A stretch of 62,732 nucleotides of DNA, filler included, from Aduncisulcus paluster (lineage: Eukaryota): the NCBI GenBank assembly GCA_024181965.1. It is 5 parts of 5 records of this genome, joined end to end, with 100 filler letters (N's around TTAATTAATTAA, not from the genome) between each part and the next. Parts side by side here need not be neighbours in the genome. Positions count along the whole stretch, not along the records: positions 1 to 14,107 come from BQXS01012590.1; positions 14,208 to 34,148 come from BQXS01012591.1; 3 more parts are not named here. One strand, 5' to 3'. The notes below the pieces were generated by a model. It saw nothing but the letters and a program-made list of their open reading frames with translations, was not told where the DNA came from and made no database searches. This document shows positions 11,089 through 21,959 of the stretch, piece by piece (within the stretch, counting starts at the first letter, position 1; every line of letters begins with the position of its first letter). The position numbers were made by a program, and so were the translations under genes.

Positions 11089-12105
11089 TTAGCATAAATC
11101 ATCGTTAACAAAGACAGAAACAACTTGAAATAACTTAGATGAGAATTCGAAACAGCAAGGGTTCGTTTTCTTCTCCTTGGCAACTTTGACAACAGCAGAA
11201 ATGATCTCACTAACTCTGTTCTTCCAAGCTGTGGCAGATTCAACACTTTCTTTCTGGTCTTTGACGACTAATTTTAGATTTTCACCCAATTCTTCTATTT
11301 TTCGTTTGTATGAAGTAGCAATACGCTTGAGCTTGTCTTTTTCCTCAACAGCCACTGCGCAGAGATGCTGGCGCTCCTTCAGCACGGCTTCCATTCGTCC
11401 TCGCTCTTCTTCAAGTGTGTGGTATCGTTTTTCAAGGCTTTCCATACTCTCAGTCACAAGGGTCATCTGTTGTATGCTTTCTTCCATTTCTTCACGATAT
11501 TTTTTGGATTCTTTCTGTAAAGATTCAATATCAGCTTGTAATATTTCCTCTTTGGAGGTTTTTATCGTGATATCTCGTGTTTTTTCCTGGATTATAGCAT
11601 CTTTTTCAATAACTTCTTGTTTTAACGTCTTATTTTCTACTTCAAGTTGTTTGACTTCCTCACTGAGATCTATTAATGTGCTTTTGGAAAGTTCTATCTC
11701 CTCTTGAAGCTGCTGCAATTGGAACATTAGATTTTCTTCTCTTGCAAAATACTCCCGAATATCTATTTGACTTTTCGCTAATATTTGATCTTTTTTGTCA
11801 AGTTCAAGGGCCACAGATGAAGCCATTCTCTGTTTTTCTAGTCTTCTACTGATATCATCAACAGATTTCCCTTCTTTTTGAGCCAAAGCATCTTGAACTT
11901 GAAATAATTGCAATCTTAAGTTGAAATTCTCACGTTCAAGTTTGGATATTTTTTCTTGCAAATCTTTAAAGCTTTCTATAACACCTACAGGCTTTGTTGT
12001 CATTGTACCTGAGAAACGGGACATTCTTGGAGTTTTAGTCCATCGTACTTCACTTGATTCCCCTCTAAATAAACTATTTCCACCAATTGTTGGAGATCTA
12101 AGCAT
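11089..12105 (-). CDS. Coiled-coil protein with centrosomin motif 1 (CM1/Cnn_1N), putative gamma-tubulin complex receptor
   Basis: SFKDLQEKISKLERENFNLRLQLFQVQDAL matches the CM1 consensus (LKKENFxLKLRIYFLEE), followed by a long coiled coil. Confidence 0.7.
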   Translation of the reverse strand: MLRSPTIGGNSLFRGESSEVRWTKTPRMSRFSGTMTTKPVGVIESFKDLQEKISKLERENFNLRLQLFQVQDALAQKEGKSVDDISRRLEKQRMASSVALELDKKDQILAKSQIDIREYFAREENLMFQLQQLQEEIELSKSTLIDLSEEVKQLEVENKTLKQEVIEKDAIIQEKTRDITIKTSKEEILQADIESLQKESKKYREEMEESIQQMTLVTESMESLEKRYHTLEEERGRMEAVLKERQHLCAVAVEEKDKLKRIATSYKRKIEELGENLKLVVKDQKESVESATAWKNRVSEIISAVVKVAKEKKTNPCCFEFSSKLFQVVSVFVNDDLC

Positions 12106-12431
12106 AGCTGTTATGTAATATGGTGCGAAATGTCAACATTTTATAAAAATATTGATCTTTCAACATAGATTCAAATTTTAAGAAGAAAGTGAATTATGCG
12201 ATCCTTTATTCAACAAGATTTGTTTGAGAAATAGTAAAATCCTTATTATTTGAGGCTATGGATGATAGATTGCTTTGCTGGGAATAGGGTTATGTAACAT
12301 CCAAAGAAAAGTTATAATTCCACAATTCAAAAGATTGAGAATACGAATATATAATTTAAGATATCGGTGTTGCAAAAAGAATATCTGCAACATCATGAAT
12401 TCCTCTTGAATCACATTAAAGAAATAACGCA

Positions 12432-13379
12432 ATGTCATTTGCCGATATGAATGGTCCGGCCTTTTCAGGTTCCGGTAAATATGAACATAAGGCTACTGTT
12501 GCCGAAGCTCGTGTCTCAAGTCCTCTTGCCTCTAGTAATCCCACTTACGGGACTGATGCCATTCCTTCTCACCAAGAAATGAGTTCAGACAAATGGTGGG
12601 AAATGGTTACTTCGAATTGTGATCGTCATAGCAGAACATTACAACAAACTCTTACTAATCTTCGTATCTTGAAGGATAAATATATTAAAGAAGTTTTCGA
12701 GAAAAAATTGGATGTTTCATCAACTGATTATGAATCTAAGAAGCGTCAATATAACCGTCTTTTTGATAATGCTCTCAAACAACTGAATACCCTTGTTATG
12801 AAGGCTGACGACTTTGTTTCTTCCCATTTACGGACTATCTCTGCCACTCAAAGAACTGGTTTGACTCGTTTGAAGGAGAATCTTGCCGATTGGAAAGGGG
12901 AGAAATCCACCGCCAGAAAGAAGATTTTGATTGAACTTGATCGTTCCCCCGAGGATATTTTGCGCGATAGAGGAATAATGGCGAGAAGTGATGGTAATTT
13001 AGATGATAGATATGGCAGGGATGATGATGAATTTGACAAGGAAGGCGAAGGGGAACTTGAGGTTCAACAACAGGAAGTTGACGGCATTGTGGATCTTGTT
13101 GACGAGAGAGCCGAGGGTGTGCAGAATGTCCAGCATAAAATTGCTGCTGTGCATGCCGCTATGAGGTCGTTGGGTCAGATTGTGGATGACCAGGGACATG
13201 ACATTGACTTGATCGTTGATACCGTTACTACCGCAGCTGTAGACATTGAAATCGGTGTGGATGATCTCAGAGATGCCGAAAAGAAAAGCCGTAAATCCAC
13301 AAAGAAGTTCTGGTTTGTTCTTATCGGAATCGTTATTGTTCTGGCTCTTATTGCTCTGTTTTTCATTCTCAAGAACTAA
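12432..13379 (+). CDS. Syntaxin (Qa-SNARE)
   Basis: Helical N-terminus, SNARE motif ER..VQNVQHKI..V..AMRSLGQIVDDQGHDIDLI with zero-layer Q, basic stretch and C-terminal TM anchor. Confidence 0.88.
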   Translation: MSFADMNGPAFSGSGKYEHKATVAEARVSSPLASSNPTYGTDAIPSHQEMSSDKWWEMVTSNCDRHSRTLQQTLTNLRILKDKYIKEVFEKKLDVSSTDYESKKRQYNRLFDNALKQLNTLVMKADDFVSSHLRTISATQRTGLTRLKENLADWKGEKSTARKKILIELDRSPEDILRDRGIMARSDGNLDDRYGRDDDEFDKEGEGELEVQQQEVDGIVDLVDERAEGVQNVQHKIAAVHAAMRSLGQIVDDQGHDIDLIVDTVTTAAVDIEIGVDDLRDAEKKSRKSTKKFWFVLIGIVIVLALIALFFILKN

Positions 13380-13699
13380 AAATATAGATAGATAAGAATA
13401 ATATCGCTCAATTTAGATCAAAAGAAAATTCTTTTAAACGTATTCTTTTTTTTTTATTGGAAATTTTTCGATTAACTTCTCTCTATCTCTTGTTCTCTTC
13501 TTAAATTCAGTCGTTTCCCCTGTCAGTAGTATTGTGTAGTACATGGCATTTGACATGGAAGAGAGCTCAGTTGCAGTATATTATTTCTGTCTTCTTTCAT
13601 CAATCCAGTTTTTCTGTCTAAATTTAGACTCCAAATGAGAACCTACTCAACCTTCAATAAGAAAAAAATAAAAATAAAAAAATGAGTAATTTGAAATTA

Positions 13700-14080
13700 C
13701 TAATTTGAGTCACATTGTTCATACGTATCAAAAAAACTGTCTTCTTCTTCCTTGACTTCTTCTTCTTCATTCATACGGCTGCCGACAACACTCCCATCTT
13801 CCTTTAACTTCATTCCAACATATATTGAATGATCCTCACTTGATTGTTTCTTTTCATTTTCAACCTCTCCTTCCTCTCCTTCTATTTCTTCTATTTCTTC
13901 TTTTCCTTCCACTTTCTTCTCTTCTTCTTTCTGTTCCTGTTTATCTTCCTCAATCTTTTCCTCAATCTTTTCCTCTTCTTTCTCTTCTTCCTCTTCTTCT
14001 TCCTCTTCCTCTTCTTCTCCTTCTCCCTCTTCTTCTCCTTCTCCCTCTTTGGCCATATCATGTGCAACTGAAAGAACTTT
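13700..14080 (-). CDS. Glu-rich C-terminal fragment of an unknown protein (5' end lost at chimeric contig end)
   Basis: Open Glu/Lys-rich frame ending at 13700; upstream bases 14081-14107 are a copy of 3184-3210. Confidence 0.5.
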   Translation of the reverse strand, partial: KVLSVAHDMAKEGEGEEEGEGEEEEEEEEEEEEKEEEKIEEKIEEDKQEQKEEEKKVEGKEEIEEIEGEEGEVENEKKQSSEDHSIYVGMKLKEDGSVVGSRMNEEEEVKEEEDSFFDTYEQCDSN

Positions 14081-14107
14081 CACCGGTGAGGACCCTCTCT
14101 TTTCTTG

Positions 14108-14207
14108 NNNNNNNNNNNNNNNNNNNNNNNNNNNNNNNNNNNNNNNNNNNNTTAATTAATTAANNNNNNNNNNNNNNNNNNNNNNNNNNNNNNNNNNNNN
14201 NNNNNNN
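14108..14207. other. Artificial contig spacer (also 34149-34248, 51724-51823, 58368-58467)
   Basis: N-run + TTAATTAATTAA (stops in all six frames) + N-run, 100 bp, four times. Confidence 0.98.
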
Positions 14208-14208
14208 G

Positions 14209-14493
14209 CTCGAGTCCACTCTCATTTTCAAGGCTCTCAAGGGTTACCGTGGATCTCCCGCTGTTGATATTGATGGTCTCGTTGACATGCTCGTTGGTCT
14301 TGCCCAGCTTGTTGTCGACCTTCCTGAGATTGCCGAGATCGACATGAACCCTGTTCTTGCTCGTCCAGTTTCCAATGTTACCCTTGATGCCCGTGTGTTA
14401 TTGGCCAAAGATACTTCCAAGTCTGCTCCTCCTCTCTTCACTGATGCTCTCCCCGCTTCTTTGGTCGAGGCTGCCAGACAGAAGTTCCTGTAA
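14209..14493 (+). CDS. ADP-forming acetyl-CoA synthetase, C-terminal ATP-grasp fragment (5'-truncated by contig start)
   Basis: LESTLIFKALKGYRGSPAVDIDGLVDMLVGLAQLVVDLPEIAEIDMNPV..LDARV matches the ACD beta-subunit C-terminus; same codon bias as 51824-53193. Confidence 0.88.
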   Translation, partial: LESTLIFKALKGYRGSPAVDIDGLVDMLVGLAQLVVDLPEIAEIDMNPVLARPVSNVTLDARVLLAKDTSKSAPPLFTDALPASLVEAARQKFL

Positions 14494-15074
14494 TGTGAAT
14501 AGGGATTGTATATCAAAGCATTTGTCATCGTTTATTTCAACTTTTATTCCTCCTTTTAGTGTGTCTAGGAAAATAAAATTCCACTTTCATTATTGAAAAG
14601 CTCTTGAAAGTTCTATCTCTCGCTTGCAATTGTCCATACATTGATAACGTTTTTTGCTCAGTCACGATCCATTCGGACCAAGCAAACTTTGAGCAAAGTC
14701 ATTTCAAAGATCAAAACTTTGAAATTTTCATGATCTTTAAAAAGAAAATCAAGTTCGAAATGTCCGACATAACGAGTCGTCCAAAATCTATAAATTCCGA
14801 ATCCAAAATCACCAAAAAAAAAATAGTGGTATTCACAATAGTTGAGGAATCGTATCAACTCATTTCGGTACAAAACAGACATATCATCGATCTCTCCCCA
14901 CTTGGAGCATCCGAACTCTGGAGCGAAAACTCAATGAATGAACCAATCGGAATGGGGTGTTTCACAGTGTCTCACATTCAATGACATGATTTATTATAGT
15001 ACGGTCAAAACTTCAATTGCTAACAAAGGTAACAAGAATGAGAACCAAATCAAGCGAAGCGAAAGAAAAAAAAA

Positions 15075-15109
<35 letters not shown>

Positions 15110-15480
15110 ATAATAATATTAATAATAAAAAAGTGAAAAACAATAAGTTTAACTGAAAATTGAATTAATATAATATATATTAACAGTGCTATATTAGATT
15201 TCTAAATATAGATAAAATTCTTTAATAATTTGATAAAAAAGATTATAAGCTAATCTCGATATTATAAGGATAAACAAGTGCATCAGAAGATGATAAGAAA
15301 GCTTCAAAAGAGAAAAGGAGAGTGAGAGAAAGTCAAAAAGATTTTTTGACAAGACAATATCGCCTAAAACAACCAAATAAATGATAGAATTTTATAATAT
15401 AAAATGATTATAATAATGAGAGAGTATTCATAAATGTGATTGTATTTGCCAGAAATCTGCCCTTATGCAACAACGACTAC

Positions 15481-18400
15481 TTATTTCCATTTTGAATCGT
15501 CAGAGTCGAGAAGAGCAATGTCAGTTGATTCCGGAGAAAAAAGAGTGTGAATTCGAGTGAAATCATGGTACAAAGCAAGCGGATACTGAACAACAGCTTG
15601 GTTTGAAGTGTATGATGGAGCTTCTTCATCAATCTCATCTTCGTATTCGTTATGTCTAATCTCTTCAGAATCTTCCTCATGATCCACTTGGTCATCAACC
15701 AAAAGACTCAACTGCTCGTGGGGTCCAGAACCAACAAAAACAACACCATGGGTGGGTCGAGTGTGTTCGGAGAGGGTGTTGAAGCAGACAAAACATGCTT
15801 CAAATCCACTCGTACTATATCTTCGGTTTGTATTTCTCGATTTCTTCTTCTTCCTCCTTTCTTGTTTATCCTTTTCATCAACAATTGAATGGGTCAAGGA
15901 TGATGATCCCGGAGTCATAATAGATGATGACTGCACTGCATTCTGAGGACGAATATCAGCATCATCTGCTTCATGCATCCCGAATCCTTCGCTAAGCAAA
16001 TGTCCCAGAACACTCTCCCTTCGCCTTTCAGAGATATTACTGATATAATGGGCATGTATATCTGACATTGAGGAGGAAGAATGACCACTACTCTTTCTAA
16101 AGGGTCCGGGAGAGGATGTCTTGTGACTAAGACCAGTCTGAGAGGGTGAAGATGACCCTGAACCAGGTCGTAGCGTGGGAATATTTGGGCTGCCATCCCG
16201 AGATGTTGAACTATGCCCTTGTCCTCCTTCCAGCGAGGTTGATGGGGTTATTCCTGTACTTTTGCTATCCTTCTCCGTGTACAGACACTCAAGGGAAAGT
16301 GATATCTGTGTGGCATCGTGGGAAGGCGGAGAAGAGGAGATAGTTGGTTGCCGATCTTCCCTATCCCACTCTCCAGCGGTTTCTTCCGAGGATGGGGTCA
16401 TCTTGTCTCCAGTGATTGAGCGTGATGAGTGAGTCAGATCCACAGACCGATTCCCCTTGTTGTCAGTAGAGCTCACAACTGAACGATGGCCCCCTGTATG
16501 ATGTATTTTGGGAGATACGAGCAAAGGACTCATGCCTGATCCCAGTTCACGTTCATCTGGAGTTCCACTGCATAGGCTCATGGAAGTCCAACTCACTCTC
16601 CTGGCGCTCAGTCTCTTCTCGCCATCCCTGAGGACATTCATAGTTCCACGGACATCCTCCTCTTTATCCCGCATTCCACCCATAATGACGGACAAAAAGC
16701 TCCTGAGACCACCTCGATCAGAGTCGGAATCACGTTGGGAGACAGTATTGATGCAACTCTCAAAGGGTGTCGATAAGAGTTCACGACGTTCAGACACTGC
16801 CAAAGGAGGGAAAGGAGGAAGAGGGGATGTTGTTTGTATCGTGGATGTGGCAGAAGAAGGCATGGAGGAGACTGTGGATGGGACGGATGATGGAGATACT
16901 GCGCTATACTGAACTGAACCAGACTCTGCATGTGTTGGTTGCTCCATCAGGACAGACGTGGACATACTGGGCATCAGCTTAGGAACAGGGGTCGTATGGA
17001 GCAAGCCCGGCAGTGAATCTTGTTTCTTGTGATGTTTGACTTTTCTATTATCATGGCTAAACACGCATTCACGCTCACAAATAAAGCTTTGTCCACATTC
17101 AGACTCAATAAATCGTGCGAGGAATGCCCTTTCACCCCGTGTTTTGTTCTTGATGAACTCAGATATATCGATCATTGCTCTGCCAGTAGGCGATAAGGTG
17201 AGACAGCTCCGGTAGTGCCCAAGAAGAGAATGGAAGAGGGAAGAGAGTGAAGAATGCAAGAGAGACAACGAAAATGAGTGGAAAGAAGAGAAGAGGGAAA
17301 GAGGATCTTTTCCACCTCGCACACCTAGACTAGCTTTCTCCCACATTTTGACGAGCATCACACGCTGTTTCGATGGCAACTGCCGCTCTTTAAGCTCCTT
17401 TCGCGAGAGATTAGGGATAACTTGGACTGAAAGCTCAGGTGAGGCAAAGGATGATGAAGGTTGAAATGATGCATGGCTGTCAACCTTCTTACCGCTAATG
17501 GAAAGCCCCTTTCCATCTATTTTGATCACGACAACGCCTTGTAACACATCTGGAGCCATTCGACAGTAATGATATGTGAGACACCCAAAGAGGAAGGAAG
17601 GGAAAGACGAGATGGAAGAGGAGCATATGGATCCGGGAAGAAGTGGGATAATTTGACCGTGAAACAAGAGAGGAGGAGAGCAGAAACTTATGATAATGTT
17701 AATCATAGAGACAACAGTCCTTGGATCATCTGATACGACGAGAATTCGTTTATCTAGCATCATAGAAGATAAAATAATCGAAATATCATTAGGTTTGATC
17801 GAATATAGGATTTTCTTCTGAGTGTCAACTTCTTCAACACATTTAATGAAGGCGTTTCGATTACCGACAAATATCATTCCAGGGAGAGAAGGAACGGCAA
17901 TTGAAGTGTATGATCCTAATTTAGGGAGATTTGAATGGAATAAATCAGTGAGGAATTGATGAATTGTGCTGGGAAAGCATGAACACGAGAGGGATGGGCC
18001 AAATAATGAAGGTGGGTCGCTAGAGTGATATTTTGGAATCGCTCCAGCCAAAATACGACGACTTGATGTCCGAGAACGTCTCCCAGCGCCAGATAAAGGA
18101 TTTGGATATGTCTTAAGGACATCTTCATCGGAGAGACTTTGCTTGGCTTTCAAGGCTCCAATAAGATGATATAAAAACGTCACCAATTCTCTAAAATATT
18201 CAGGCCAATATAATCTTGAAACAACACAGATTTGCTGGCGTTCTTTTATATGTCTAGAATAACAATAATAATCATTATATGTAAACATCAAATCACTGGG
18301 AGGTGCTGAAGATACAAGATCATCTTTTTCGGGAAAACAGAGCTGTTGTAATAACCTGGGAACTGTGTGGAAAGGTATGGATTCTTTTTGATCAGGACTG

Positions 18401-18519
18401 CGAAAATAAGCCACAGTATTAAATTCATGAGCAACAGAATATGATGAAACGAAGACATATTCAAATATTCTATTTGATGTTCTAAAAACACCCCAATATC
18501 TATCTAAATCACCATCCAT
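15481..18519 (-). CDS. DENN-domain protein (Rab GEF-like) with Ser-rich disordered C-terminus
   Basis: uDENN (IFEYVFV, QQLCFP, ICVVSRLYW..F), cDENN (SMMLDKRILVVS, IIPLLP, PSFLFG) and dDENN (FLARFIESECGQSFI) motifs. Confidence 0.8.
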   Translation of the reverse strand: MDGDLDRYWGVFRTSNRIFEYVFVSSYSVAHEFNTVAYFRSPDQKESIPFHTVPRLLQQLCFPEKDDLVSSAPPSDLMFTYNDYYCYSRHIKERQQICVVSRLYWPEYFRELVTFLYHLIGALKAKQSLSDEDVLKTYPNPLSGAGRRSRTSSRRILAGAIPKYHSSDPPSLFGPSLSCSCFPSTIHQFLTDLFHSNLPKLGSYTSIAVPSLPGMIFVGNRNAFIKCVEEVDTQKKILYSIKPNDISIILSSMMLDKRILVVSDDPRTVVSMINIIISFCSPPLLFHGQIIPLLPGSICSSSISSFPSFLFGCLTYHYCRMAPDVLQGVVVIKIDGKGLSISGKKVDSHASFQPSSSFASPELSVQVIPNLSRKELKERQLPSKQRVMLVKMWEKASLGVRGGKDPLSLFSSFHSFSLSLLHSSLSSLFHSLLGHYRSCLTLSPTGRAMIDISEFIKNKTRGERAFLARFIESECGQSFICERECVFSHDNRKVKHHKKQDSLPGLLHTTPVPKLMPSMSTSVLMEQPTHAESGSVQYSAVSPSSVPSTVSSMPSSATSTIQTTSPLPPFPPLAVSERRELLSTPFESCINTVSQRDSDSDRGGLRSFLSVIMGGMRDKEEDVRGTMNVLRDGEKRLSARRVSWTSMSLCSGTPDERELGSGMSPLLVSPKIHHTGGHRSVVSSTDNKGNRSVDLTHSSRSITGDKMTPSSEETAGEWDREDRQPTISSSPPSHDATQISLSLECLYTEKDSKSTGITPSTSLEGGQGHSSTSRDGSPNIPTLRPGSGSSSPSQTGLSHKTSSPGPFRKSSGHSSSSMSDIHAHYISNISERRRESVLGHLLSEGFGMHEADDADIRPQNAVQSSSIMTPGSSSLTHSIVDEKDKQERRKKKKSRNTNRRYSTSGFEACFVCFNTLSEHTRPTHGVVFVGSGPHEQLSLLVDDQVDHEEDSEEIRHNEYEDEIDEEAPSYTSNQAVVQYPLALYHDFTRIHTLFSPESTDIALLDSDDSKWK

Positions 18520-18976
18520 ATCTTCTCATTTCGAGAAAAAAAACGCACTTTCAGAAAAATACAAAACTATCAATTAGATACTATATATAAAGTAAATTTT
18601 GTGATTTATTTGTTAGTTTAATGGTATAATCATCATAATAAATTATAATTTCTGTAAAACAGAACATCAAAACAATAATTTGCTCTTCTGAGCCAGTGAA
18701 AAGTTTCCCACCTCTTTTATAGGCCAACAACAATTGTTAGATTTCCTTACTAATTATATTTACTTGAAATTCTGAGGATTGATCTTGAAACACTCCGCCA
18801 CACATGATTGGCCATTTGACTTCGAGATAAGAGGAACTCTAAGACATAAAAATAGTAAAAATCAAAAAAATAATTTTGGTTGATCTAATCCATTAAGGAT
18901 GAAAGTCATTTCGAATTGCTCTCGTCAATAGTCAATACCATATTTTTGAATGTGTTGCAATTAGATTCCCTTGTTA

Positions 18977-21397
18977 ATGAGTGAGGAAAAAGGTGAAATT
19001 CATTCCAACATTGGAAAGAGAGTCACTTTTGAAACGATTACTCAGTCCCACAAGTTTGATCCAAAATCGGCCCCCCATAAAGGAAAACACGAGAAAATAA
19101 GTGGCACAACAAGTATTCGAAGATTAAATCCACAAATAATGAGAGAAGCATCAATTAAAGCCGCGAAGAAAGCCAAGTTAGCTCAGGAAATTGCTCATAG
19201 AAATCTTCAACTAGCCTTCCATAAAGCAGCAATTGATGCCTGTGATGAATTGGATGATATAGAATATGAGGCTAGAATTAAAAAAGAAGAGGCACAAGAT
19301 AAGAATAGTTTTCTTCCATTAAAAGAATGGATTGCTGATAGAATTGTCTCTCAAGAGAAAGATGAAAAAAGAAGAATAAGGAAATATTTAGAAAGAAAGA
19401 GAATTGAGACTCTATATGGGAATATTGACGAAGATGATATTGGAGATGGTGAAGAAGAGGAAGAAGACGAGGTAACAATAGAAGACCCTTTCCCAATTTA
19501 TTCGGAATCAACATTAAAAATACAAAAGTTTAAACGGAAAATTACTGGAGAACGGCTCAAATTCGATTTTCAAAAAGCGTCAACATATTTAGGATTTATT
19601 CTGGGAAATGAATTAACAAGCGGTTACCTCCCATGTATTGTCGCATTAAAACATTCATCATTCGATCAATTTACCCGTCAAACAACACTATTATGCATTC
19701 ACCTCATGAATTATATTAATCGACTCCGATTAGTATTTTTGCGTGAATATTTCCTTTCTCAAATTAATTTCCAAAAGCAAAAGACACATGAAGAGTGCCC
19801 AAAGTGTGTTCGAGTTCAATTTAAAAATCGTGAAGAGGCAAAGCAATACTGGGTCTTTGCTGAGCGTCATATTCCATATTTTCCCTCGCTCGAGCCTCCA
19901 TTTCGGTGCCCTCTCTGTTTTTCCTCCCTTCCATCCATCCATATGTTCCTTTTACACGTTGATGTTCATGTTCAAGCCAGTGTGAACAAATATCTCCATT
20001 GTGATGAAGGACAGCGGCATATGCAGAATATTATCTATGAAAATGCACAAAATGAAGACGATATTCAAATTGATTCCTGTTCTCCCAGCAAAGAATATAG
20101 TTCTGAAGAAGAGAAGACCGATGAGGACTCAGAATTGGAAGATATTACTTATCAATTCAAATCTGCGTGCAAAAAACGTTTCTCAACCTCCAAGAGAAGC
20201 CCAATACTAACTGATAATCAGTCCCCTGACTGTGACAAATCCCCCAAAGTTCCACCAATCAATCGTTCTGTTATTTCTGATGTATTCTTATCCACTCTTT
20301 CTCCCATTACAACCTTATTGCTGATATCTTTGCTCCAGATAAGGCATTCTCCCCATTGCGAGAGAGGATGTCTCGACTGTGCTGTGTGTGAGGCAGAGAC
20401 AAGGATCCCTTCACTCCTTATCCATGGATTATGCCGGAATAGGGGAAGAGAAGAAGAAGAGAATGATATTTGCGACAAGAGTTTGTTCATTGAGACCGAA
20501 TTAAAAGATATCGAAGGGAAAAGGATAAAAGAAGACGGAGATGGAATCGAAGAGGAATTAGAAGAAGAAAAGAAGAAGGGGAGACAAGAAAGTGGAAAAG
20601 GGGAAAAGGAGGAAGAAGGGAAGATAAAGAAAGAACATGAGAAAGNNNNNNNNNNNNNNNNNNNNCTTATCCACTCTTTCTCCCATTACAACCTTATTGC
20701 TGATATCTTTGCTCCAGATAAGGCATTCTCCCCATTGCGAGAGAGGATGTCTCGACTGTGCTGTGTGTGAGGCAGAGACAAGGATCCCTTCACTCCTTAT
20801 CCATGGATTATGCCGGAATAGGGGAAGAGAAGAAGAAGAGAATGATATTTGCGACAAGAGTTTGTTCATTGAGACCGAATTAAAAGATATCGAAGGGAAA
20901 AGGATAAAAGAAGACGGAGATGGAATCGAAGAGGAATTAGAAGAAGAAAAGAAGAAGGGGAGACAAGAAAGTGGAAAGGGGGAAAGGAGGAAGAAGGGAA
21001 GATAAAGAAAGAACATGAGAAAGTAGAAAATGAGAAAGTAGAAAACGAGAAACTTGAAGAACAGAATTCTCCACAACAGGAGAGACTTATTTTGTCATTT
21101 TCTTCTTCAATCCCCGTAAAAAAGAGCATACTTCAAGAGATTAGGCCGAAAGAAGAAGAGAATGATATTTGCAGGGATGATTCCGAGGCTTCAAACCCCA
21201 TTCAAGATCAACCTATTCCATCTGATGTGACAATTTATGATGTGGAATCTGTGCAACAACGCACCGAGCATCTCAAGTATCATTTATGTTGTCCAATTTC
21301 ACAGTGCAAGATATGTACAATGTCAGAAGAGGATATGGTTCTTCATATTCGGGCTAAACACTCCTTTTTATACATATTTGACAAAGAGATCCTATAG
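18977..21397 (+). CDS. C2H2 zinc-finger protein (broken by gap-associated duplication 20666-21023)
   Basis: FRCPLCFSSLPSIHMFLLHVDVH and CPISQC..EEDMVLHIRAKH fingers; sequence around 20288-20645 is repeated after the N gap with a homopolymer indel. Confidence 0.65.
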
Positions 21398-21959
21398 ATA
21401 TCTCTCAAATCATCACCTAAATTGGGTTATTTTGATTCAATAGTCCATAATGTACTAATAATACTTTTATTATGGAAAATATCATGTATATTATTTATAC
21501 AGATTGTACATGACTCTATCTCAACCCTGCAGCTCATTTATACTATACTATGGATTGATATTGGATATCCAATGGATATAAATGAGATCATAAGTGGTGT
21601 TATGATGATAAATTCATCTCTTTACAGCTGTTAGACGTGCATTCCAGTGGGAAGATGAATTAAATATTTAATATTCGCATTCTGGGGATCAATTCGACAA
21701 GGGTGACATAGCGATTGCTCATTCTAATAAATCGATCTCCAAAAATCCAATTTCTCCATACTTTCCGTTGAACTTCAACACAGTCGCAATAGACTCTATT
21801 TTTAGGCTGTGCATATTCTTGAGAAACTCTCAATTCAAGAAATTGGATAAAATTAAGTCCATAGATCTCATAATTATGAACATTAAGTGGACCACCCAGT
21901 GACCAGAAATACTCCATTGAGGAAAATCATGGTAATATAGTGGGGGTTATAAAAAGGAC

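Noticed and set aside
14081..14107. 27-bp identity of the contig end with 3184-3210 as a circle or recombination site
   Set aside because: It sits at a contig end and coincides with the junction of an exact tandem duplication; best explained as an assembly or amplification chimera.
14108..14207. Recurring TTAATTAATTAA in N runs as a biological repeat
   Set aside because: Identical 100-bp six-frame-stop spacer used to concatenate contigs; adjacency across it is meaningless.
20288..21023. Duplications flanking 20-N gaps (also near 963, 37105, 41890, 44453, 46046, 55038, 61590)
   Set aside because: Systematic scaffolding overlap or haplotype artefact; the copies here differ by a homopolymer indel, showing the indel error rate.
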